53,714 nucleotides of DNA from NCBI GenBank assembly GCA_045629985.1, contig JAZQSI010000021.1:1-53714 (forward strand). The letters are read 5' to 3'. Positions 18,187-25,154 of this stretch are shown here, one piece after another (within the stretch, counting starts at the first letter, position 1; each line of letters opens with the position of its first letter). Below the pieces are notes generated by a model. That model ran no database searches. It saw nothing but the letters and a program-made list of their open reading frames with translations, and was not told the DNA's origin. This DNA comes from Eubacteriales bacterium. Its GTDB lineage: Bacteria; Bacillota; Clostridia; Oscillospirales; JAAYXM01. The position numbers and the translations under genes are program-made.

Positions 18187-19873
18187 TATCTTTTGTTTCT
18201 TTCGCAAGAGATAGAAGCTCTTTTGCATTTGTTATCGTAGTTTCACTTATCGCAGAGCCTGCCGTGATTCTTGCAAGCTCCTGCGCTCTTCCATCAAAAT
18301 CAAGAGCCGTGACGGACGTATATGTCCTGCCGTCGCGCTCACACTTTTCAATTTTGAAATGGATGTCGCTCATTGCAGAAAGCTGGGAAAGATGCGTTAC
18401 GCAAAGCACTTGCTTGCTTATCGACAGCTTATAAAGCTTTTCGGCGATTCTCTGCGCCGCACGACCGCTGACACCCGTATCAATTTCATCAAATATGAGA
18501 GTCTCAACGTAATCATTTTCGTCAAGCGCATTCTTCATCGCAAGCATAACTCTCGAAAGCTCACCGCCCGATGCAATCTTCTCAAGCGGTTTCGGAGGTT
18601 CACCGAGGTTTGCCGCAAGAAGAAACTCAACGGTATCGAGACCTCTCTCCGTAAGCTCTTCGGCACGCTTTACATCTGCAATGAACTTTGCATTCTTCAT
18701 ATCAAGCTCGGAAAGCTCGCGCATTATGCGCTCTTCAAAGCTTCTTGCAGCCGCGCATCTGTATTCAAAAAGCTTCTCTGCAAGAGAATACGCTTTTTTC
18801 TCGAGCACTCCGATTTCAGCAGTAAGCGTTGCTATATGCTCTTCTGAAAACTCGATTTCGTTAAGTTCTGCTCTTGCATTTTCAAGAAAAGCGAGCATTT
18901 CTGCTACAGTTGAGCCGTATTTACGCTTCAACCTATGTAAAGCATCAAGCCTTGCCTCCACTCTATCTGCTTCCTCTTCAGAAAAATCAAGAGAATCAGC
19001 AAGGTCACGAAGTTCTTCCAATATATCCTCTGCAGAATAATAGATTTCGAAAACGGCATCCGAGATTTTTGACATCTTCTCCGAAACACCGGAAACTGCC
19101 GCGAGAGCCTTCGAAACATCAGCAAGTGAGGAACATATACCATTTCCTCCATTATCGCCGGAAAATGCCGAATATGCCTGCGATACACGTTCAGAAAGTT
19201 TTGAACTCTCGCGAATAAGCTTTTGTTTTTCTGCGAGTTCGATATCTTCGTTTTCTACAAGCTCTGCCGCCTCAAGCTCCGAAATCTGAAATTTGAGCAT
19301 CTCAACCTGGCGAGCCTTTGCCGCTTCGTCGATATCAAGACGGCGAAGCTCCTGACGCTTTGTTATAAGTGCCGAATAAACTTCTCTATATTCAGTCTCT
19401 GTCGCAAGATAGTCTTTATCCTCTGCGAATCTGTCGATAAACACAGCATGAGATTCAACATTGAGAAGCTGTTGGCTGTCGTGCTGACCGAGAATGTTTA
19501 TAAGCATCACGCCAAATTCCTTAAGGAGCGATGCGGTTACCGGACGACCGTTGATTTTCGCAGCACTTTTTCCGTCCACGGATATTTCCCTGTAAATAAT
19601 TACTTCTCCGTTTTCGATACCATAACCGTTTGATTCAAGCCACCGTACAGCTTCAGAAGACGTGACATCAAACACGGCACTTACAGATGCTTTTGATGCA
19701 CCGTTTCGGACAACATCGCGTGTTGTTCTGTATCCCAAAACCGCGCCTATGGCATCTATGATGATAGACTTTCCTGCACCCGTTTCACCGGTCAACACAT
19801 TAAAGCCGTATCCGAACTCAATGTCACAGCTTTCTATAACAGCTATATTTTCGATGTGGAGAAGTTTAAGCAT
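18164..19873 (-). CDS. recN: DNA repair protein RecN
   Basis: Walker A GETGAGKS, long coiled-coil middle, C-terminal ASGGELSRVMLA signature and LIFDEIDTGVSG Walker B. It follows argR as in Bacillus. Confidence 0.93.
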   Translation of the reverse strand: MLKLLHIENIAVIESCDIEFGYGFNVLTGETGAGKSIIIDAIGAVLGYRTTRDVVRNGASKASVSAVFDVTSSEAVRWLESNGYGIENGEVIIYREISVDGKSAAKINGRPVTASLLKEFGVMLINILGQHDSQQLLNVESHAVFIDRFAEDKDYLATETEYREVYSALITKRQELRRLDIDEAAKARQVEMLKFQISELEAAELVENEDIELAEKQKLIRESSKLSERVSQAYSAFSGDNGGNGICSSLADVSKALAAVSGVSEKMSKISDAVFEIYYSAEDILEELRDLADSLDFSEEEADRVEARLDALHRLKRKYGSTVAEMLAFLENARAELNEIEFSEEHIATLTAEIGVLEKKAYSLAEKLFEYRCAAARSFEERIMRELSELDMKNAKFIADVKRAEELTERGLDTVEFLLAANLGEPPKPLEKIASGGELSRVMLAMKNALDENDYVETLIFDEIDTGVSGRAAQRIAEKLYKLSISKQVLCVTHLSQLSAMSDIHFKIEKCERDGRTYTSVTALDFDGRAQELARITAGSAISETTITNAKELLSLAKETKDKIKTAKS

Positions 19874-19889
19874 TGATATTCACTCCTGA

Positions 19890-20342
19890 TTAAGAGAGCA
19901 TTTTGCCGAGTTCTTCGCAGAAATCGCTTGCAGCTTTTGCCGTATGAAGAACGAGAAAAGCCGTATCGTCACCAGCAAGCGTTCCGACTATATCAGACGA
20001 CTGCATAGAGTCAATCGCAGAACATGCCGCAGATGCAAGACCCGGCATTGTCTTTAAAACCACTATGTTCTGTGCGTTGTCATACGAAAGCACACTTTCC
20101 TTGAAGATAGCAAGCAAACGGTCAGAGAATCCTGCATCTGTTTCAGACTTTGAAACAGTGTATTTGCTCTTACCGTTAGCGGAAACAGTCTTGACAAGGC
20201 GAAGCTCCTTTATATCACGCGACACCGTTGCCTGAGTTGCATTGAATCCTTCCTTGTTCAAAAACTCCGTGAGCTCAAGCTGTGTTGAGATATCATACTT
20301 ATCAATAAGCTTGAGAAGCACCGTCTGTCTTTTTGATTTCAT
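19890..20342 (-). CDS. argR: Arginine repressor
   Basis: N-terminal winged helix (QLELTEFLNKEGFNATQATVSRDIKEL) and C-terminal GTLAGDDT arginine-binding motif. 150 aa. Confidence 0.9.
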   Translation of the reverse strand: MKSKRQTVLLKLIDKYDISTQLELTEFLNKEGFNATQATVSRDIKELRLVKTVSANGKSKYTVSKSETDAGFSDRLLAIFKESVLSYDNAQNIVVLKTMPGLASAACSAIDSMQSSDIVGTLAGDDTAFLVLHTAKAASDFCEELGKMLS

Positions 20343-21203
20343 TTATTCAAACCTCCGATCAGAAAGTTTTGTATATAAAACATCATAGAAATTAGCAGTT
20401 TTAACGTGAATCAGTTTTGTTTTTTCTTCTGCAGTTTTTATTGTTATTATATCCCCGTGCATCAGTTCAAAACCTACATCTCCGTCTGTTGATACCGCAA
20501 TGGCACCGTTCTCTACACTCTGCGGAAGTATTGTTATCTTGCGTTTATGTGAAAGGACTATCGGTTTTGCACTCAGAGCATGTGTGCATACGGGAGTAAT
20601 CGTGATGTTTTTTGAAACGGGATCAATAATCGGACCGCCTGCCGATAGCGAATACGCAGTAGAACCCGTTGGCGTTGCTATTATAACGCCGTCGCCACTG
20701 TAGCTCGAAATGAACATTTCGTCAGCGAAGATATCCATATCAACAATCCACATAAGTCCCGTTTTCATAATAACAGCATCATTGAGAGCAGTTTTTCGAT
20801 AAACTGTTTTTTCGTCGCGCTTTATCGCAACCTCTATCCGCATACGCTCTTCAACATGATAGTCCCCATCAAGAACTTTTTTAAGATATTCTATTTCATT
20901 TGCCTCAAGTTCTGCCATATACCCGATTCTGCCGATGTTTATACCGAGAACAGGGATACCAAGCCCTGCGACCTCATTTGCAGTATGAAGAAGCGTCCCG
21001 TCACCACCAAAAGAAATTATCATATCGGCATCCTTTGCGGCAACATCAAAGTCAGAAAGTGTCGCTCCTGTGGTTTCCGCCCCGATAATCTCTTTTGAAA
21101 TGCAGACTTCTACCCCGTTTTCTCTAAAAAAGGACGCAACTTTTCTTGTACAGTCAAGATTTTTATCTCGAGTAGGATTCGGATTGAGAACTACCTTTTT
21201 CAT
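20343..21203 (-). CDS. nadK: NAD+ kinase
   Basis: GGDGT(LL) motif, NIGRIGYM, and TPTGSTAYSLSAGGPI. The stop abuts the argR ATG (TAAATG). Confidence 0.92.
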   Translation of the reverse strand: MKKVVLNPNPTRDKNLDCTRKVASFFRENGVEVCISKEIIGAETTGATLSDFDVAAKDADMIISFGGDGTLLHTANEVAGLGIPVLGINIGRIGYMAELEANEIEYLKKVLDGDYHVEERMRIEVAIKRDEKTVYRKTALNDAVIMKTGLMWIVDMDIFADEMFISSYSGDGVIIATPTGSTAYSLSAGGPIIDPVSKNITITPVCTHALSAKPIVLSHKRKITILPQSVENGAIAVSTDGDVGFELMHGDIITIKTAEEKTKLIHVKTANFYDVLYTKLSDRRFE

Positions 21204-21209
21204 AACGCT

Positions 21210-22013
21210 CTATCCTTTCAATGAATTATGAGCATCCTCTACAATCTTCTTTGCGTCAACCTCTCCTGCATCAGAAGCATCACATGAAAGATGACCGAGA
21301 AATTCTATATTACCCTCAGGACCGGTAATCGGAGAAAACGTAACTCCACAAACATGAAAACCTGCATCTGCTGCATTGTGGATAAAATCTTCTATTACCT
21401 CTTCATGCACCGCAGGATCGCGCACAACTCCCTTTTTGCCTATCTTTTCACGTCCTGCTTCAAACTGGGGCTTAATAAGGCAATAAACGTGTCCTATATC
21501 GCCCATGAGACCGCGGATTGCCGGAAGAACAATACGAAGGGAAATAAATGATACATCCACTACTGCAATCTCTATTATGTCCGGAATCTGTTCATGTGTT
21601 ACATAACGGATATTCGTTCTTTCCATACAGACAACTCTGGGGTTATTTCTTATCTCCCACGCAAGCTGACCGTAACCGACATCAACAGAATAAAGCTTCT
21701 CTACGCCTCGACGGAGAAGGCAGTCAGAAAATCCACCGGTTGAAGCACCTGCATCAAGAGCAATCTTACCGGAAACATCAGCACCGAAAAAATCAAGCGC
21801 CTTTTCAAGCTTCAGCCCTCCGCGGCTGACATAGGAATTTTCTTTTACTCGGACTTCGAGCTCTATTTCTTCAGGAAAGGTCTCGCCTGCTTTATCAGCC
21901 TTCTGACCGTCAACAAATACAGCGCCGCTCATAATGACAGCTTTTGCCTTTTCTCGGCTGGGAACAAGTCCGCGCTCAACAAGTATTAAATCAAGTCTCT
22001 TTTTTGCACTCAA
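21210..22013 (-). CDS. tlyA: TlyA-family rRNA 2'-O-methyltransferase (S4 + FtsJ domains)
   Basis: S4 domain (KKRLDLILVERGLVPSREKAKAVI), YVSRGGLKLEKAL, and DAGASTGGFSD SAM motif. The TTG start overlaps the dxs stop. Confidence 0.88.
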   Translation of the reverse strand: MSAKKRLDLILVERGLVPSREKAKAVIMSGAVFVDGQKADKAGETFPEEIELEVRVKENSYVSRGGLKLEKALDFFGADVSGKIALDAGASTGGFSDCLLRRGVEKLYSVDVGYGQLAWEIRNNPRVVCMERTNIRYVTHEQIPDIIEIAVVDVSFISLRIVLPAIRGLMGDIGHVYCLIKPQFEAGREKIGKKGVVRDPAVHEEVIEDFIHNAADAGFHVCGVTFSPITGPEGNIEFLGHLSCDASDAGEVDAKKIVEDAHNSLKG

Positions 22014-23863
22014 TTCTTGCAGCCCTCCAAAATTGTTTTACAAATACCCTCTGCATTCAATCCGAGCGAAGAATACAGAGCATCCAGACTTCCGTGAGTT
22101 GTGAAAGCATCACCCGTATTAATCGGAACGATTCTGCAATTCATACCTCTCTCCGCAGAAATTGCCGAAATCTGCTGAAATACAGAGCCCTTTGCTACCA
22201 CATCCTCAACAACGATCACTTTCGAAAAACGCGAAAGCGCACCGCAGATTGCATCAACATCAAGCGGTTTTATTGAGTTGAGCTTCAGAACTGCAGCAGA
22301 TACACCCGACACTTCCGCACTCTCGCACGCTGAAAGAACATTGTTTATAAGCATTCCGTATGTGATTATGCAGACGTCTTTGCCGTCTCTGACAAGACTG
22401 CTCAAAGCATTGTCTGCAAACGAATTTTCCTTGTAACCACCCTCAGAACCACGCGGATACCTGAGCGAAACAGGTCCGTCTGCATCCTTTGCAAACTTAA
22501 GCATTGAGCGAAGCTCTGAAAAACTTGACGGCGCTAGTATCTTCATACCAGGCACAGACGAGAGATACGCAACATCAAACACACCGTGATGCGTTTCTCC
22601 GTCCTCACCGACAAGGCCTGCCCTATCAACACCGAAGATAATATGCTGTTTTGAAATTGCAACATCGTGAATGAGCATATCATATGCTCTCTGCAAGAAC
22701 GTGGAATAAATCGCGCACACAGGAAGCATTCCTTGAGCCGCAAGTCCTGCGCCCATTGCGACTGCGTGTTCCTCTGCTATTGCGACATCAAAGAAGCGGT
22801 TCGGGAACTCCTCGGCAAAATCCGAAAGCCCGACCCCCGAAGTCATCGCAGCGGTAATCGCGCAGATTCGCCCATCCTCGCGCGCCAAAGACACCAATTC
22901 TTCACCAAAAACATCGGAGAAAGTCTGCTTCTTGCCCGAAACAGGAAGACCTGTTTCCACATCAAACTTGCCGACACCGTGATAATCCTGCGGGCTCGTC
23001 TCTGAAGGTTCATAACCCTTACCTTTTTTCGTTGTAAGATGGATTACGACAGGACGGTTAAGATCCTTCGCAAGCTCAAAAAGGTAAATCATATATTTAA
23101 TATCGTGACCGTCAGCAGGCCCAAGATACGTAAATCCCATTTCCTCAAAGAAGAGCGACGGAATAAGTGCTGTTTTAATCGCATTTTTTACATTATGTAT
23201 TCCGTTATCAAGAGCAATTCCGAACTTTGTCTTCTTGATTATTCTTCTGTAAACATCCTTGAAACGTAGATACTTCTTCTTCACGCGGAGCTTTGCAAGA
23301 TAATTTGTCATCGCGCCGACGTTCTTTGCAATCGACATTTCATTGTCGTTGAGAATAACTATAAGCGGCTCTTTGCTCTGCCCCGCATCACCAAGCGCTT
23401 CATACGCCATTCCACCCGTAAACGCACCGTCACCAATAACGGAAATTACCGAGAAGTCTTTTTCAGAGAGTGTCCTTGCCCTTGCCATACCGAGCGCAAC
23501 AGAAACAGAATTTGAAGCATGCCCCGTAACACAGGCATCGTGAATACTTTCTGACGGGCGAAGAAACCCCGATAAACCGCCAAAAGTCCTCAAGCCGTCA
23601 AACCCATCGCGGCGACCGGTTAGAATTTTGTGCACATATGATTGATGACCGACATCGAACACAAGTCGGTCAACTGAAGTATCAAAAACTTTATGAAGAG
23701 CAAGAGTAAGCTCCACAATCCCAAGATTGGAAGCGAGGTGTCCTCCTGTTTTTGAAACGTTCTGTATCAGAAACTCACGGATTTCTCCGGCAAGTTCATA
23801 CAGTTCAAAAACAGAAAGAGCCGATATATCACTGTGATTTTTGATTTTATCCAAAAGCCCCAT
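22010..23863 (-). CDS. dxs: 1-deoxy-D-xylulose-5-phosphate synthase
   Basis: GGHLASNLGIVELT, DVGHQSY.HKILTGR, thiamine-PP motif IGDGAFTGGMAYEAL, and DRAGLVGEDGETHHG. 617 aa. Confidence 0.95.
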   Translation of the reverse strand: MGLLDKIKNHSDISALSVFELYELAGEIREFLIQNVSKTGGHLASNLGIVELTLALHKVFDTSVDRLVFDVGHQSYVHKILTGRRDGFDGLRTFGGLSGFLRPSESIHDACVTGHASNSVSVALGMARARTLSEKDFSVISVIGDGAFTGGMAYEALGDAGQSKEPLIVILNDNEMSIAKNVGAMTNYLAKLRVKKKYLRFKDVYRRIIKKTKFGIALDNGIHNVKNAIKTALIPSLFFEEMGFTYLGPADGHDIKYMIYLFELAKDLNRPVVIHLTTKKGKGYEPSETSPQDYHGVGKFDVETGLPVSGKKQTFSDVFGEELVSLAREDGRICAITAAMTSGVGLSDFAEEFPNRFFDVAIAEEHAVAMGAGLAAQGMLPVCAIYSTFLQRAYDMLIHDVAISKQHIIFGVDRAGLVGEDGETHHGVFDVAYLSSVPGMKILAPSSFSELRSMLKFAKDADGPVSLRYPRGSEGGYKENSFADNALSSLVRDGKDVCIITYGMLINNVLSACESAEVSGVSAAVLKLNSIKPLDVDAICGALSRFSKVIVVEDVVAKGSVFQQISAISAERGMNCRIVPINTGDAFTTHGSLDALYSSLGLNAEGICKTILEGCKN

Positions 23864-23886
23864 TTACTCTATCTCCACAAAACAAG

Positions 23887-24468
23887 CTATTTCTTTACTT
23901 TAAAAAATCTTATAGTCTTTGCCAGAAAAAAGACAATATCATTGCTCTTTGTAATTGCAAACCCCTTGCCGAAAGCCTTGCCGCCAACCGTTACACCCGC
24001 AACAAACCCGGTTATAACAAGTGACATAAGAAGTGCATTCGTTCCTGAAAGCGGCAAAGATGCAATTATAATCGCGGCAGTCGATCCACTCATAATGCCG
24101 CAGATGTCACCTATTACGTCATTGCATATACTTGAAACCTTTTCTGCGTTCTTGACAAGCCAGAGTGCTTCTTTTGCACCTTTGACACGTTTTGATGACA
24201 TCGCATTGAAAGGTTTTTCATCCGCGGTGGTGGTTGCCACGCCGAATATATCAAAAATGATACCAAGCAGGATAAACCCCGCCAATATAAAAAACGCCGG
24301 AACAACGTTTACATTTGAAAGCGCAGTTTCTGACACTGCATTGAAAACAACCGAAAGAAAGAAACTCCCGAACAGTATCGTCAATGACCACTTGACGGGT
24401 GAATTCTTTGTTTTTTTAGGACTTTTACTGTGTACATTTTCAGAAGAGCCCGTACTGCCGTCGTTCAA
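23887..24468 (-). CDS. oapA: Small polytopic membrane protein directly downstream of the large ncRNA; OapA (OLE-associated protein A) candidate
   Basis: 193 aa and about 4 TM helices. TTG start at 24468 lies 8 nt after a perfect GGAGG (24481-24477). It sits 23 nt upstream of dxs and immediately 3' of the structured RNA, which is the published ole-oapA arrangement. The longer + strand ORF 23834-24529 is S/T/P-rich antisense noise. Confidence 0.65.
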   Translation of the reverse strand: MNDGSTGSSENVHSKSPKKTKNSPVKWSLTILFGSFFLSVVFNAVSETALSNVNVVPAFFILAGFILLGIIFDIFGVATTTADEKPFNAMSSKRVKGAKEALWLVKNAEKVSSICNDVIGDICGIMSGSTAAIIIASLPLSGTNALLMSLVITGFVAGVTVGGKAFGKGFAITKSNDIVFFLAKTIRFFKVKK

Positions 24469-24489
24469 CTCTAATACCTCCAGAAAAAT

Positions 24490-25100
24490 ATGTAAATGGG
24501 CAGCAGAAAAAGGTAATCTTGCGGCTTAGGTCCGGTCTGCTTTCCACATAGCCTACCCTTTGTTGCCAATGAGGGCGGTTTCCCTTTAAAAGCTATGCCG
24601 TTGCGTCGCCTACAACGGCACCGGATCGCCACTTAGTCCGCACTGCAAATCTTCTTCTGCACAACAGCCTAGATGATTTCCATAACAGTCACGCCGATTC
24701 TTAGCCTCTTTTGCAATAGAGGTTTCAAAAAGCAATAGGAAAGATGTTTTGGCCGAAACAATCTCACCTTCGTTCTTTTATTCACCAATACCACTCAAGG
24801 CAGGCTACTCTGCACACAGCACAAGGCTTATGCCAGGCACCGCATTGCAGGTTTAATCCCGGTACGTACATAGTCCGTCAATTTAGCAATGTATAGGCGT
24901 ATGCACATACTCGGGTCTCCACGGCAGCAGGGTCGGGAATACATGCCATTGTAAGCCGCCCTAAAGCCTTAACCCCCAGCACTCACCCCAATCTGGGCGA
25001 GAGAAGCAAGCACCAGGGACTTCATCGATATGCCCTTCTACGGATTTTTAGGCCCGTCCTGGGAACCGACAGATCTGACTAGGATACTGCACCCATATTA
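24490..25100 (-). ncRNA. ole: Large structured ncRNA, most likely OLE (ornate, large, extremophilic) RNA; ends approximate
   Basis: A 686-nt ORF-free gap that is conspicuously G+C-rich compared with all other spacers. Local hairpin: 24596-24603 / 24613-24620. Long-range inverted repeats: 24521-24528 / 24952-24959 and 24823-24829 / 24964-24970. An own promoter lies at 25108-25136. The context ispA...[RNA]-small TM protein-dxs-tlyA-nadK-argR-recN matches the described OLE locus. The length of about 600 nt fits OLE. Confidence 0.7.
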
Positions 25101-25107
25101 CTTATAA

Positions 25108-25136
25108 ATTTTATCATATTTTCACAAAAAAATCAA
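25108..25136 (-). promoter_or_regulatory. Candidate sigma-A promoter (extended -10) for the ncRNA
   Basis: Minus strand: TTGATT (25136-25131), 17-nt spacer, TGaTAAAAT (TG 25116-25115; TAAAAT 25113-25108). The predicted start is about 25100. Confidence 0.5.
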
Positions 25137-25154
25137 TATCAGCAAAAATCAGCT

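Noticed and set aside
23834-24529. 231-aa + strand ORF spanning the oapA region and the 3' edge of the ncRNA
   Set aside because: The translation is S/T/P/A-rich with no motifs and no RBS. The opposite strand encodes a clean 4-TM protein with a perfect GGAGG-8nt-TTG start in operon orientation. This is an antisense artefact.
24469-25154. Whether the large ncRNA could be RNase P RNA, tmRNA, a group II intron or a T-box/riboswitch array
   Set aside because: I could not find the RNase P GAGGAAAGUCC-type core, a tmRNA tag reading frame with a tRNA-like end, or an intron-encoded ORF or domain-V-like hairpin. It is far too long for a riboswitch. The length and the ispA/oapA/dxs context fit OLE instead.
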